From Tagaea sp. (GTDB taxonomy: Bacteria; Pseudomonadota; Alphaproteobacteria; CACIAM-22H2), in contig CBDIIB010000005.1 of assembly GCA_965279525.1 (NCBI GenBank), forward strand, positions 1,696,001 to 1,760,000: DNA of 64,000 nt. Direction: 5' to 3'. The position numbers and the translations under genes were made by a program. The notes beneath the pieces were generated by a model. It had not been told where the DNA came from, searched no databases, and saw nothing but the letters and a program-made list of their open reading frames with translations. Shown here piece by piece: positions 27,019-39,264 of the stretch. Every line of letters begins with the position of its first letter. The stretch's first letter is position 1.

Positions 27019-28145
27019 CGCGCCGGCGGGCGTGGTGCCTGGCCTGCTTCGGCGGCCATTTCGGCGCGGCCCTGCGGCGTCAGGCGCTTCTTCAGGTTCA
27101 TCACGTAGCTGATGACTTCGGCGACCGCCTTGTAGTGCTCGGGCGGGATTTCCTCGTCGATGTCGACGCTGGCGTAGAGGGCACGCGCCAGCGGGCGGTT
27201 CTCGACGATCGGCACTTCGTGCTCGGTCGCGATCTCGCGGATCTTGAGGGCCGTGAGGTCCACGCCCTTGCCCACGCACACCGGGGCCGCCGTCTTCTCG
27301 TCGTAGCGCAGCGCCACGGCATAGTGGGTCGGGTTCGTTACCACGACGGTCGCCTTGGGGATCGCGGTCATCATGCGCCGGCGCGCGCGTTCCATGCGCA
27401 GCTGCTTGATGCGCCCCTTGACGACCGGGTCGCCTTCCGACTGCTTGTACTCGTCCTTGATCTCCTGCTTGGACATGCGCAGGCGCTTGTAATGCTGGAA
27501 GCGCTGGTAGAGATAGTCGAGCCCGGCGATCAGCGTCATCACCGAGATGACGGCGACCATCACCTTCATCGCCAGCGTGAGCATCACGCGGCCGATATCC
27601 GGCAGGTCGAGTTCGACAAACCGCGCGAGATCGTCGGCTTCGCCCTTCAGCGTGTACCAGCAGACCGTGCCGACGATCGTGATCTTGATGAGGCCTTTCA
27701 GGAACTCGAAGACGGAGTTGAACGAGAACAGCCGCTTGAAGCCGCTCGTCGGCGAGATCTTGCTGAATTTCGGGATCAGCGGCTGGGCCGAGACGATGAA
27801 GCCGTTCTGCAGGACCTGGGCGGCGACGGCGGCCACCATCAGCACCGCGAAGAACGGCAGCATGGCGACAAGCGGCGACATGAGCGCGAAGGCGATGATC
27901 TGCTGGAGACCGCCGCCCTCGAAGGTGAATTCGTGCGGGCGCTCGAAGAAGGGGACCATGGCGCCGGTCAGTCCGCGCCACATGTGGGTGCCGAGAAACG
28001 TGAAGCCGAGCGTGGCGCCCATGAACATCATCCAGTGATTGAGCTCGCGCGTGGCCGCGACCTGGCCTTTCTCGCGCGCATCGTCCAGCCGTTTGCCGGT
28101 TGGCTCTTCTGTTTTGGAGGACTCGTCTTGGGCTTCTTCGGCCAT
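27015..28145 (-). CDS. flhB: Flagellar export protein FlhB
   Basis: KTEEPT, EGDP, NPTH autocleavage motif. Confidence 0.97.
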   Translation of the reverse strand: MAEEAQDESSKTEEPTGKRLDDAREKGQVAATRELNHWMMFMGATLGFTFLGTHMWRGLTGAMVPFFERPHEFTFEGGGLQQIIAFALMSPLVAMLPFFAVLMVAAVAAQVLQNGFIVSAQPLIPKFSKISPTSGFKRLFSFNSVFEFLKGLIKITIVGTVCWYTLKGEADDLARFVELDLPDIGRVMLTLAMKVMVAVISVMTLIAGLDYLYQRFQHYKRLRMSKQEIKDEYKQSEGDPVVKGRIKQLRMERARRRMMTAIPKATVVVTNPTHYAVALRYDEKTAAPVCVGKGVDLTALKIREIATEHEVPIVENRPLARALYASVDIDEEIPPEHYKAVAEVISYVMNLKKRLTPQGRAEMAAEAGQAPRPPAR

Positions 28146-28155
28146 GTCAGGACCT

Positions 28156-28938
28156 TCAGGGACCGAGGAGCAGGGGTTCGAGCTTGTCCATGAAGCCGCG
28201 CTCGAAGGCGCGCATGGCCGCCGCCGTGGTCAGGGCGAGGGCCGCCATGCCGATGGCGATCTGGGCCGGCTGGGCGATGAAGAACACCTGGATCGCGGGC
28301 TGCAGGCGCGCGATCAGCCCCATCGCGAGGTTGATGACCAGGCCGAAGACGAGGAAGGGGGCCGAGATCTGCACGCCGAGCGCGAAGCTGTGCGCGGTCC
28401 ATGTCGTCAGCGCCTTGGCGAAATCGCCAAGCGGCGGGAGCTGGCCGGGCGGGAACAGCCGGTAGGAATCCGCGATCGCGTGCAGCAGCAGGTGATGCAT
28501 GTTCGTCACGAACAGGAACGCGATGGCGATCGCCACGAGCCAGGCGGAGATCGCCGCACCCTGCTGGCCGAAGCCCGGATCGAAGAGCGTTGCCGCCGCA
28601 AGGCCGGTCTGCTGGGCGATGATGGCGCCGGCGACGACGAGTGCGGAGATGGCGAAGCGGCCGGCGAGCCCGATGAAGGCGCCGACCAGCGTTTCGCCCA
28701 GCAGGATGCCGGTCATCGAGATGACGGATTCGGGAAGCGGCGGGATCGACGGGCCGACCAGCGGCGTGAGGACGAGACAGATCGCCAGCGCCAGACCCAG
28801 CCGCATGCGCGCCGGGATGGCGAGTTCGCCCAGGCCCGGCATGCCGAGCATCGCAGCGCTTATCCGCACGAAGACGGCGAAATAGACGAAGACCTCGGCG
28901 GGCAGGGCGCGCGTCAGTTCGCCGACGATCAGGTTCAC
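28156..28938 (-). CDS. fliR: Flagellar export protein FliR
   Basis: Hydrophobic; AGAIIAQQTGL, HHLLL, RLQPAIQVFF; gene context. Confidence 0.94.
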   Translation of the reverse strand: MNLIVGELTRALPAEVFVYFAVFVRISAAMLGMPGLGELAIPARMRLGLALAICLVLTPLVGPSIPPLPESVISMTGILLGETLVGAFIGLAGRFAISALVVAGAIIAQQTGLAAATLFDPGFGQQGAAISAWLVAIAIAFLFVTNMHHLLLHAIADSYRLFPPGQLPPLGDFAKALTTWTAHSFALGVQISAPFLVFGLVINLAMGLIARLQPAIQVFFIAQPAQIAIGMAALALTTAAAMRAFERGFMDKLEPLLLGP

Positions 28939-29216
28939 GAGCTGCCGCCGATCCCGATGCCGACGGCCTTGGCCATCAGCTCGCGCGTGAATTCGATCAG
29001 CGTCGTGGACATGAACGGGATCGTCAGCACGAAGACGGCGAACAGCACCAGGATCTTCGGCACGAAGGTCAGGGTCTGTTCCTGGATCTGCGTCAGCGCC
29101 TGGATGAGGCTGATGACGAGGCCGACGACCAGCGCCACGAGCATCAGGGGAGCCGAGATCTTGAGCATCACCCAGATCGCCTCGCGCGACACTTCCAGCA
29201 CGTCGGTGGCGTTCAT
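28935..29216 (-). CDS. fliQ: Flagellar export protein FliQ
   Basis: QALTQIQEQTLTFVPK. Confidence 0.97.
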   Translation of the reverse strand: MNATDVLEVSREAIWVMLKISAPLMLVALVVGLVISLIQALTQIQEQTLTFVPKILVLFAVFVLTIPFMSTTLIEFTRELMAKAVGIGIGGSS

Positions 29217-29254
29217 GGGCGTTCCCGATAGGCTAGGGCGATCCGACGCTGCCG

Positions 29255-29575
29255 TCAGATCGGCATGCGGATGATTTCCTGGTAGGCCTGCACGACGCGG
29301 TCGCGCACGGCGATGGTCGCCTGCAGCGTGACCTCGGCGGCCGATACCGCCTGCACGACCTGGCCCACGTCGGCCTTGCCGGCAAGGGCGCGAAGGCTGG
29401 CCTGCTCGCCCGCCTTCAGCGACTGCATCGTGTTCTGGGCGGCCTGCGCCAGGATCGAGCCGAAATCGGCGTTGCCGGGTGCCGACTCGTCGGCGCCGGC
29501 GGCCGAACCGGGTTTGGAGATGCGTGCCGCACCCTGATAGGCGGCGGCGGCGAGCGAGGGCGAGGTGATTGCCAT
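29255..29575 (-). CDS. fliE: Hook-basal body protein FliE
   Basis: C-terminal VRDRVVQAYQEIIRMPI. Confidence 0.95.
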   Translation of the reverse strand: MAITSPSLAAAAYQGAARISKPGSAAGADESAPGNADFGSILAQAAQNTMQSLKAGEQASLRALAGKADVGQVVQAVSAAEVTLQATIAVRDRVVQAYQEIIRMPI

Positions 29576-29598
29576 TTAAGGGGTCCCTTCGGCGGCGA

Positions 29599-30009
29599 TC
29601 AGCCGCGCAGGATGTCGATCGTGCGGGAGATCATGCTCTTCGACGTCTCGATGACGTTGATGTTGGCTTCGTAGGAACGCTGCGCCTGGCGCATGTCCAT
29701 CGCCTCGATCAGGTTGTTGACGTTCGGGGCAAGCACATAGCCCTCGGCGTCGGCGGCGGGATGCGAGGGCTCGTAGCGGCGCGCGAAGGAGGTCTTGTCG
29801 GTGCCGATGCCGGAGGTGCGCACCGTCTGGGTGCCGATCTGGCGGTCGAGGATGTTGCGGAAGCTGATCGTCTTGCGCCGGTAGGGATCCGCACCCGGCG
29901 TCTCGCCGAGCGAGTCGGCGTTGGCGATGTTTTCGGCGATCACGCGCATGCGGGTCGACTGGGCGGCCATGCCGGCTGCCGAGACGCGCATCGATTTCTG
30001 GAGGTCCAT
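29599..30009 (-). CDS. flgC: Basal-body rod protein FlgC
   Basis: ENIANADS, PYRRK, YEPSHPAAD, RSYEAN. Confidence 0.97.
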   Translation of the reverse strand: MDLQKSMRVSAAGMAAQSTRMRVIAENIANADSLGETPGADPYRRKTISFRNILDRQIGTQTVRTSGIGTDKTSFARRYEPSHPAADAEGYVLAPNVNNLIEAMDMRQAQRSYEANINVIETSKSMISRTIDILRG

Positions 30010-30022
30010 CGCTATTCCCCGT

Positions 30023-30424
30023 CTACGAGTTGCGGCCGATCGCCGAGCGCAGCATGGCGAGCTGCCGGCGATAGATGTTGGTGGTCATCTGGTAGTCCAT
30101 CGCCGTGTCGGCGACCTTCATGAGTTCCGTGTCGAGCTGGACCGAGTTGCCCGACAGCGTCGTCTCGCTCGGGCGCGGCTTGTCTTCGCGGTCCGGGCCG
30201 GCGATCTGGCGGCTGGTCAAATGCTGCGTCGCCGTCGTCGTCGCGGTCAGGCGCGAGGTCTGCTTGCGCATCTCGGCGCGGAAATCGATGGCCTTCAGGT
30301 CGCGCGGCTGGAAGTTCGGCGTGTCGGCGTTCGAGACGTTGTGCGACAGCACCGTCTGGCGGTGGCTGAGCCAGTCCATCCGACGTGCGATCATCCCGAA
30401 GAGGGGCAGACGCGTAATATCCAT
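30023..30424 (-). CDS. flgB: Basal-body rod protein FlgB
   Basis: RQTVLSHNVSNADTPNF, SGNSVQLDTE. Confidence 0.95.
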   Translation of the reverse strand: MDITRLPLFGMIARRMDWLSHRQTVLSHNVSNADTPNFQPRDLKAIDFRAEMRKQTSRLTATTTATQHLTSRQIAGPDREDKPRPSETTLSGNSVQLDTELMKVADTAMDYQMTTNIYRRQLAMLRSAIGRNS

Positions 30425-30448
30425 GACCTTACTCTAGTGGCCGAAAGG

Positions 30449-30611
30449 TTAATAATCGGTAAATTATCTATAATTTTAGAGAATTTGAAAAGCATTTAAT
30501 TCACGCCAAGATTCAATATCTTGTTTGGCGAATCGGAGTCTCGAGTCGAGACTGATTTTCGGGCTAATTGCTGGAAACTACAAACAAAACTCACTTTTAA
30601 TAAAGTTTTAG
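30449..30611. promoter_or_regulatory. AT-rich divergent flagellar promoter region with two CtrA-like boxes
   Basis: TTAA-N7-TAAA at 30449-30463 (reverse TTTA-N7-TTAACC); TTAA-N7-TTAG at 30597-30611; four GANTC at 30510-30547. Confidence 0.65.
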
Positions 30612-30672
30612 CTGGTTTGGGGTAGTCCTGTGATCGTCAGTCCTTCCGCGAACCTGTCGAAAGCCGTTTCCC

Positions 30673-31005
30673 TTGGCCCGTCGTCCACCCCGACCGCCGC
30701 GTGCCCCGCTCGATCCGAACATGAAGCGGGCGATCGCCCTCGAGTACGCGCGCGAAAGCGATCCTGCACCGCGCGTCACGGCGAAGGGCGAGGGGCTGCT
30801 TGCCGACAAGATCGTCGAGATCGCGCGCGCACACGGCGTGACGGTGCGCGAGGACCGCGACCTGGTGATGCTGCTGGGAGCGGTCGACATCGACAGCCCG
30901 ATCCCGGTCGAAGCCTTCCAGGCGGTCGCCGAGATCCTCTCCTACATCTATCGAAAGCAGGGCCGCCTCGCCGCCGGCAAGGCCGCACCGGAGACCAAGC
31001 CATGA
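30673..31005 (+). CDS. FlhB C-terminal-like protein (FlhX/YlqH family)
   Basis: AIALEY..APRVTAKG, IP...FQAVAEIL; start may be the ATG at 30721. Confidence 0.88.
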   Translation: MARRPPRPPRAPLDPNMKRAIALEYARESDPAPRVTAKGEGLLADKIVEIARAHGVTVREDRDLVMLLGAVDIDSPIPVEAFQAVAEILSYIYRKQGRLAAGKAAPETKP

Positions 31006-31295
31006 GGGCGGTCGAAGTCCTGCAGGCCATCGTCGACGTGACGCGCGAGATCGACGAGGCGCGTGCCGCCCTCCATCGCGGACAGGACGTGGCGCTCGAC
31101 GGGCTCGACGGGCGCGTGCGCGACCTTTGCCTGTCCACGACCGAGCTTCCGCGCGCCGAAGGGATCGCGTGCGCGGGCGCGCTCGACGGCGTGCACCAGG
31201 CCCTCGAACGGCTGCGCGGCACGCTTGCCGTTTCCGCCCGGCTTGCCGGTCCGGCCGCCCGCGTTCCGCAGGGCCACACGGGCTATCCGCGATGA
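31002..31295 (+). CDS. Small helical hypothetical protein in the flagellar operon
   Basis: ATGA overlaps at both ends; LDGLDGRVRDLC. Confidence 0.65.
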   Translation: MRAVEVLQAIVDVTREIDEARAALHRGQDVALDGLDGRVRDLCLSTTELPRAEGIACAGALDGVHQALERLRGTLAVSARLAGPAARVPQGHTGYPR

Positions 31296-31582
31296 TGATG
31301 GAACCCGAAAGCCTGCTGCGTTTCGCGGCCGCCCTTGCCTTCGTCGTGGCGCTGATCGCCGCGATCGCGTGGCTCGCGCGCCGCTGGATGCCGGGCGGCG
31401 TGGCGGTCTCGGCCAGCAAGCGCCGGCGCCTCCAGATCGTCGAGACGCTCGCCCTCGATCCCAAGACGCGCGCGATGCTGGTACGGCGCGACGAGGTCGA
31501 GCATCTCCTCGTCGTCGGTCCGCACGGTACGACGCATGTCGAGCGCGTCGAGCCGTCGCGCGCGACGTCGGAGCCGGCCTGA
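31292..31582 (+). CDS. fliO: Flagellar protein FliO
   Basis: One TM then RRLQIVETLALDPK..LVRRDEVEHLL; directly upstream of fliP. Confidence 0.88.
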   Translation: MMMEPESLLRFAAALAFVVALIAAIAWLARRWMPGGVAVSASKRRRLQIVETLALDPKTRAMLVRRDEVEHLLVVGPHGTTHVERVEPSRATSEPA

Positions 31583-32313
31583 TGCGCTTGCTGAAGGCCG
31601 CTTGCGTCTTCCTGCTGGTGCTGGCGCCGCTGCCGGCGCTGGCGCAGAGCTTCAATCTCGACCTGGGCGACGGCAGTTCCACCACGGGCCGCATCATCCA
31701 GCTGATGCTGCTGATGACGGTGCTGACGCTCGCACCCTCCATCCTGATGATGGTGACGAGCTTCGTGCGCATCGCCGTCGTGCTGTCGCTGCTGCGCACC
31801 GCACTGGGCACCCAGCAGGCGCCGCCCAACGCGGTGCTGACGTCGCTGGCGCTGTTCCTGACGTTCTTCATCATGGCGCCGGTCGGCGAGGTCGCATGGC
31901 GCGACGGCATCTCGCCGCTGATCGACGGGCGCATCACCGAAGTCCAGGCAATCGAGCGGTCGGCGAAGCCCTTCCACGAATTCATGATCGTGCACACGCG
32001 CGAGCAGGATCTTGGCCTGTTCATCGACATCGCCAAGATCGCGGCACCCGAAACGCCCGAGGCGACGCCCTTCCGCGTGCTGATCCCCGCCTTCATGATC
32101 TCGGAGCTGCGCCGCGCCTTCGAGATCGGCTTCCTGCTCTTCATCCCGTTCGTCATCATCGACATGGTCGTGGCGGCGGTGCTCATGTCGATGGGCATGA
32201 TGATGATGCCGCCCGCGATCGTGGCGCTGCCGTTCAAGCTCATCTTCTTCGTGCTGGTCGACGGCTGGTACCTGATCAGCGGATCGCTGGTCCAGTCGTT
32301 CGGGACGGGCTAG
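31582..32313 (+). CDS. fliP: Flagellar export protein FliP
   Basis: TSFVRI, QQAPPN, PAFMISEL, LPFKLIFFVLVDGW. Confidence 0.97.
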   Translation: MRLLKAACVFLLVLAPLPALAQSFNLDLGDGSSTTGRIIQLMLLMTVLTLAPSILMMVTSFVRIAVVLSLLRTALGTQQAPPNAVLTSLALFLTFFIMAPVGEVAWRDGISPLIDGRITEVQAIERSAKPFHEFMIVHTREQDLGLFIDIAKIAAPETPEATPFRVLIPAFMISELRRAFEIGFLLFIPFVIIDMVVAAVLMSMGMMMMPPAIVALPFKLIFFVLVDGWYLISGSLVQSFGTG

Positions 32314-32702
32314 CGCGGCGGCAGCCGCCGGATATCGTCGTCGGGCGCATGACCTGCAGGCGGCGTGACATCTTTCATTTCCGGCTCCTGCCATCGGGCC
32401 GTCCGCATCGTCGACATGTGGACGACCGTGGCGTTGGCCGCCGCCCGGCGCAGGACCAGGCCTGCGACCGCGATCAGCACCGTGCCGGCAAGCCAGACCC
32501 AGGCGATCAGGGCCGTCCCGAAGGCTTCGAGAAAACGCAACCCTGTCGCGACGGCACCGCCGGCCGCGGGATCGAGCACGGCTCCGGCGATCCAGCCGAG
32601 CAGGTCGCCGCCGAGCGACACCGCCCCCCAGAAGCCGAGGCAGATCAACGTCCAGAACAGGAATCCGGCCCACGCGAAGCCGGTGAAGATTCGACCGATC
32701 AT
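32310..32702 (-). CDS. Hypothetical membrane protein
   Basis: Two or three hydrophobic segments; KDVTP tail. Confidence 0.6.
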   Translation of the reverse strand: MIGRIFTGFAWAGFLFWTLICLGFWGAVSLGGDLLGWIAGAVLDPAAGGAVATGLRFLEAFGTALIAWVWLAGTVLIAVAGLVLRRAAANATVVHMSTMRTARWQEPEMKDVTPPAGHAPDDDIRRLPPR

Positions 32703-32842
32703 GCAACGAATATAGGGATGCCGGCCGCCATTCGGAAGGCAAGTCGCGAGGATTTTAGGAAATTCCGGCTGATCGCTTAACGACTTTTTCAACCTTCGGA
32801 GCCAATTTCCGCACACATTTTTTCAACCGAAAGCACCCCCCG

Positions 32843-34813
32843 ATGAACCTCCTCGCCCGCTCCCTCGTCGTGCGCCTCATCCTGGCCATGAGCGCCATGG
32901 CGCTGCTCGCTTGCGCCACGCTCTTCGTGATCGTCTTCGTCGACCGCATGTCGCTCGACGCGCGCACGGTCGAGCGCGACGTGATCGACAAGTATCAGGA
33001 TGTCGTTGGAGAGATGCAGAGCGAGCTTTCCGTCGTGCGCGCCATCGCCGCTTCGCTCGCGCGGGTTCCGGCGATCCGCGAGGCCGCCATGTCGGGCGAC
33101 CGCGCGCGCATGGCCGCGATCCTCGACCCGATCCTTGCGAGCATCCGCGAGACCTCGGGCGTGCCGATCCTTTGGCTGTCGAAGGCGCCGGGCATCGCGC
33201 TCTACCGCGCCCACGCGCCCGACGTGCACGGGGACAACGTCACCGCGCGCCGCACCACCGTCGTCGAAGCCTATCGTGACGGCAAGATGTCGGCCGGACT
33301 CGAGCCGGGAAGGGACAACATCAGCCTGTTCGCGACCGTGCCGCTGTTCGACGGCGACAAGGCCGTCGCCGCCCTCGATGTCGGCGTCTCGCTCGCCAAG
33401 CCGTTCGCCGAACGCGTGAAGCACAAGCTCGATGCGGACATCGCCTTCCACGTCCTCGACGGCGACAAGTTCGTCACGCTCGCCAGCACGCGCGCGGACG
33501 GCACGCTGCTTTCTGCCGGTGAGATGAAGCTCGCCTTCGACGGCGAGGACCTGACGCGCCTGCCCGAGACGGGCGGCAGCCATTTCATTGTCCATGCCCG
33601 CAAGCTCGTGAACAAGGCGGGCAAGACGTTCGGCGTCCTCGAGGTCTCGCGCGACATCACCGGTATGCGCGCCGCCGCCGAGGCCGCCAAGCGCAACCTC
33701 GTGCTTGGAGCGCTTGCCGCCCTGACGCTGACCGTCGTCATCGGGTTCTTCCTGGCGCGCGGCGTCACGCGGCCGATCCTGGCATTGGCCGGCACGCTTG
33801 ACACGATCGCCGCCGGCCGCACCGACATCGAGGTTCCCGGCCGCGAACGCGCCGACGAGATCGGCCGCATGGCCAAGTCGGTCGGCGTGCTGCGCGAAGG
33901 GCTGGTCGAGGTCGAGCGCCTGCGCGCCGAAGCCGCCGAAAAGGAACGCGCCACCCAGGCCAAGCGGCGCGAGGACGCGCTGAAGCTTGCCGAGACGTTC
34001 GAGCGTTCGGTCGGCGCCGTCGTCAACGAACTCAACGAATCGGCGCGGGTGCTGCAGGGGTCGGCCCAGTCGATGAGTGCCGCCGCCGAGGAAGCCAGCA
34101 CGCAGGCATCGACCGTGGGTGCGGCATCCGAGCAGGCGTCGACGAACGTGCAGACGGTCGCGGCGTCGACCGAGGAGCTGTCGGCCTCGATCCAGGAGAT
34201 CTCGCGCCGCGTGGCCGAGTCCGCGACGATGAGCCGTCAGGCAGTCGAAGAGGCCGCGCGCACCGGCGAGACGGTCCAGGGCCTCGTGACGCTGGCCGGA
34301 AAGATCGGCGACGTGACCAAGCTCATCAACCAGATCGCCAGCCAGACCAACCTGCTGGCGCTCAACGCGACGATCGAGGCCGCGCGCGCCGGCGATGCCG
34401 GCAAGGGCTTCGCGGTCGTGGCGTCGGAAGTGAAGGGGCTTGCCGCCCAGACCGCCAAGGCGACCGAGGAGATCGGCGCCCAGATCGAGGCGATCCAGGC
34501 GGCATCGGCGAAGACCGTCAAGGCGATCGACGCGATCTCCGGCACGATCCGCTCGCTCGACGGGATTTCCGGAGCCATCGCGGCTGCGGTCGAGGAACAG
34601 GGCGCTGCCACGCAGGAGATCGCGCGCAACGTCCAGCAGGCCGCGACCGGGACCCAGCAGGTGACGACGACGATCGTGGGCGTGGCGCAGGCCGCGGACG
34701 AGACCGGCCGCGTGTCGGTCGACGTCAACGACCGCGCGTCGGGGCTCGCCGCACAGGCCGAACGCCTGCGCGGCGACGTGCGCACGTTCCTTGAGGGCGT
34801 GCGCGCGGCCTAA
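32843..34813 (+). CDS. Methyl-accepting chemotaxis protein (Cache-type sensor, HAMP)
   Basis: [34 protein letters not shown] hairpin tip; two TMs. Confidence 0.96.
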   Translation: MNLLARSLVVRLILAMSAMALLACATLFVIVFVDRMSLDARTVERDVIDKYQDVVGEMQSELSVVRAIAASLARVPAIREAAMSGDRARMAAILDPILASIRETSGVPILWLSKAPGIALYRAHAPDVHGDNVTARRTTVVEAYRDGKMSAGLEPGRDNISLFATVPLFDGDKAVAALDVGVSLAKPFAERVKHKLDADIAFHVLDGDKFVTLASTRADGTLLSAGEMKLAFDGEDLTRLPETGGSHFIVHARKLVNKAGKTFGVLEVSRDITGMRAAAEAAKRNLVLGALAALTLTVVIGFFLARGVTRPILALAGTLDTIAAGRTDIEVPGRERADEIGRMAKSVGVLREGLVEVERLRAEAAEKERATQAKRREDALKLAETFERSVGAVVNELNESARVLQGSAQSMSAAAEEASTQASTVGAASEQASTNVQTVAASTEELSASIQEISRRVAESATMSRQAVEEAARTGETVQGLVTLAGKIGDVTKLINQIASQTNLLALNATIEAARAGDAGKGFAVVASEVKGLAAQTAKATEEIGAQIEAIQAASAKTVKAIDAISGTIRSLDGISGAIAAAVEEQGAATQEIARNVQQAATGTQQVTTTIVGVAQAADETGRVSVDVNDRASGLAAQAERLRGDVRTFLEGVRAA

Positions 34814-34820
34814 CCGGCCA

Positions 34821-36758
<1,938 letters not shown>

Positions 36759-36873
36759 GGAATGGCGCCTCCGTTCGGGGCGCGGGGGACGGTATCCTTC
36801 CCGCACCTTTTGCTCTTGGATCGGTTTTAGTCCGCCCGTGCGGCCTTAGGCAAGCCGGACGGGGTGCGGCCTG

Positions 36874-37233
36874 TCAGCGCGCCGCCGGCGCGTCCGGCCA
36901 TTCGACCGACGGACATTCGAGACCGCTTTCGACGATCCTGACCGCGATCGGCGACAGCCGGCGCCCCTTGCACGGGCCGGCGACGCACAGGCCGTCGTCG
37001 ATTCCGAACAAGGCGCCGTGCGAGGCGCACTGGATCAGCGTCTTCGACGGATCCAGGAACACGTCGGGCTGCCAGTCGAGCGGCGTGCCGGCATGCGGGC
37101 AGATGTTGAGATAGCCTTGCACGGCTTGCCCGCGCCGGACGACGAAGAGATCGATGCGGCCGGCCCCGGCACCGAGCGTGAACCCCTTGCCGCCGGGGTC
37201 CGCGATCTCGTCGAGACGGCACAGGACCGTCAT
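36874..37233 (-). CDS. Rieske [2Fe-2S] ferredoxin
   Basis: CPH...CASH motifs; ATGA-coupled to the EVE gene. Confidence 0.9.
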   Translation of the reverse strand: MTVLCRLDEIADPGGKGFTLGAGAGRIDLFVVRRGQAVQGYLNICPHAGTPLDWQPDVFLDPSKTLIQCASHGALFGIDDGLCVAGPCKGRRLSPIAVRIVESGLECPSVEWPDAPAAR

Positions 37234-37643
37234 GCAGGCACACCCAGCCGCTTGCAGATGGATTTCCACTCGGCCGGCGTCACGGGCTGGACCGACAGGC
37301 GCGAGAACTTGACGAGCGCCATTTCGCCAAGCTCCGGCAGCGTCTTGATCTCGGCCAGGCCGAGCGGCGTCTTTGCCGCCTGCAGCGGCGCCACGTCCAC
37401 CATGAACCAGGCACCCTTCTCGGCGGACGTGTCCGGATAGGCCTCGCGCACGATTTCCATCGTGCCGACGATCTCCTTGCCGATGTTCGAATGGTAGAAG
37501 AACGCGCGGTCGCCCTTCTTCATCGCCTGCAGGTTGAGCTTGGCCGAGTGGTTGCGCACGCCGTCCCATTTGCCGCGCCCGTCGGCGACCAGCTTCGACC
37601 AGGGATAGACGTCGGGTTCGCTCTTCAGCAGCCAATACTTCAT
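37230..37643 (-). CDS. EVE domain protein
   Basis: YWLLKSEP, WDGVRN, FFYHS, SRLSVQPV. Confidence 0.95.
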   Translation of the reverse strand: MKYWLLKSEPDVYPWSKLVADGRGKWDGVRNHSAKLNLQAMKKGDRAFFYHSNIGKEIVGTMEIVREAYPDTSAEKGAWFMVDVAPLQAAKTPLGLAEIKTLPELGEMALVKFSRLSVQPVTPAEWKSICKRLGVPA

Positions 37644-37647
37644 CGAA

Positions 37648-38664
37648 CTACTCGTCCTTCAGTGGCCGGGCCAGCAGGGTGGCGATCGCGGCCGCGACGT
37701 CGGCATTCGCGTGCAGGATCGCCTCGACGGTGCTGCAGATCGGCATGTCGACACCGAGGCGCCGCGCGAGATCGCCGACGGACGAGGCACCCTCGACGCC
37801 CTCGACGACCGCATGGCGCAGGCCCAGTTCCGGATCGTCGACGGCTTCGTGGCGTGTCTTGCCGCCGCCGATGGCGATGCCGAGGCGCATGTTGCGCGAC
37901 TGGTCGTTGTTGCAGGTGAGTGCCAGATCCCCGAGGCCCGTGAGGCCCATCAGCGTTTCCGCCCGCCCGCCTTTGGCAAGCCCGAGGCGGACCATCTCGG
38001 CAAGGCCGCGCGTCATCAGGGCGGCGCGCGCGTTGTCGCCGAGCTTGCGCCCTTCGACGATGCCGCAGGCCAGCGCGATCACGTTCTTGACCGCCCCGCC
38101 GATCTGGGCACCCGCCACGTCGTCGGACCGGTAGATGCGGAACGAAGGCGTGGCGCAGGCGGCGGCAAGCGCACTGCCAAGCGCGCCATCCGCGCAGGCG
38201 AGCGTCACGGCCGTCGGTTTGCCTTCCGCGACCTCGCGCGCGAAGGTCGGGCCGGACAGGATCGCGACCGGATTGCCGGGGGCGATCTGGGCCGCGACCT
38301 CGCTCATCAGCAGGCCGCTCACGGCTTCCACACCCTTGCTGGCCACCGCCAGCGGCACGCCTTCGGCCAGCACCGGTTCGGCCAGCGCCAGCGTCACGCG
38401 GAAGAACTGTGCGGGCGTCGCCCAGACGAGCAGGTCCTTGTCGCGTGCCGCCTCGAGGATCGCCGAAGTGGCCTGGATCGTCGGATCGAGCGGCACGCCC
38501 GGCAGGAAGACCGGGTTCTCGTGGCGCTCGTTGATGTCGCGCACCGTGGCAGGCTCGTTCGCCCACAGGGTCACGTCGAGCCCTGCGCGCGCCAGCGTCT
38601 GCGCCAATGCCGTTCCCCACGCACCCGCGCCGATGACGGCCGCCGTCTTGAATTCCTGTGTCAT
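37648..38664 (-). CDS. gpsA: NAD(P)H-dependent glycerol-3-phosphate dehydrogenase
   Basis: GAGAWGTALA, LSGPTFA, GAVKNV, GLGDLALTC...SRN. Confidence 0.96.
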   Translation of the reverse strand: MTQEFKTAAVIGAGAWGTALAQTLARAGLDVTLWANEPATVRDINERHENPVFLPGVPLDPTIQATSAILEAARDKDLLVWATPAQFFRVTLALAEPVLAEGVPLAVASKGVEAVSGLLMSEVAAQIAPGNPVAILSGPTFAREVAEGKPTAVTLACADGALGSALAAACATPSFRIYRSDDVAGAQIGGAVKNVIALACGIVEGRKLGDNARAALMTRGLAEMVRLGLAKGGRAETLMGLTGLGDLALTCNNDQSRNMRLGIAIGGGKTRHEAVDDPELGLRHAVVEGVEGASSVGDLARRLGVDMPICSTVEAILHANADVAAAIATLLARPLKDE

Positions 38665-38696
38665 GCGACCCTTCTAGCGGAAGTGCGTGCGCGCCG

Positions 38697-39164
38697 TCAC
38701 GACGCGATTTTTTCGGGTTCGCCGAGGCCCGCATGCAGGGCGATCGTGCGGGCGCATGCGTGCGCTGCTTCGGTCCCCTTGGCGATGAAATGGCGCATGA
38801 GGAATTCGCGGTGCGTCTCGTGCTCGTGGAAATGATGGGGGGTCAGCACGCACGAGATGACCGGCACGCCGGTGTCGAGCTGCACGCGCATCAGCCCGTC
38901 GATCACCGCGTGCGCGACGAATTCGTGCCGGTAGATGCCGCCGTCGACGACGAGGCCGGAGGCGACGATCGCGGCATACCGGCCCGTGCCGGCCAGGCGC
39001 TTGGCAAGCAGCGGGATCTCGAAGCTGCCGGGCACGCGATGGATCTCGACCGCGCTTTCGGCATGGCCGTGCCGGGCGATCTCGGCGAGGAAGGCCCTGC
39101 GGCTCTGCGCCAGGATGTCGTCGTGCCAGCTGGCTTCGATATAGGCGATGTGCGGCTTGGTCAT
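38697..39164 (-). CDS. ribH: Type II lumazine synthase (RibH2-like)
   Basis: EASWH, VPGSFEIPL, VVDGGIYRHEFVA, VLTPHHFHE; lies downstream of an FMN riboswitch. Confidence 0.92.
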   Translation of the reverse strand: MTKPHIAYIEASWHDDILAQSRRAFLAEIARHGHAESAVEIHRVPGSFEIPLLAKRLAGTGRYAAIVASGLVVDGGIYRHEFVAHAVIDGLMRVQLDTGVPVISCVLTPHHFHEHETHREFLMRHFIAKGTEAAHACARTIALHAGLGEPEKIAS

Positions 39165-39264
39165 GTCGTGCTCCGTCGCGGTTCCGGTGGAACGTTCGCA
39201 AGGCGGGCGCACGGGTATACGCGCACGCGCGTCCGCCATCGCGGACGCGTCGCGCGGAGTTGAC

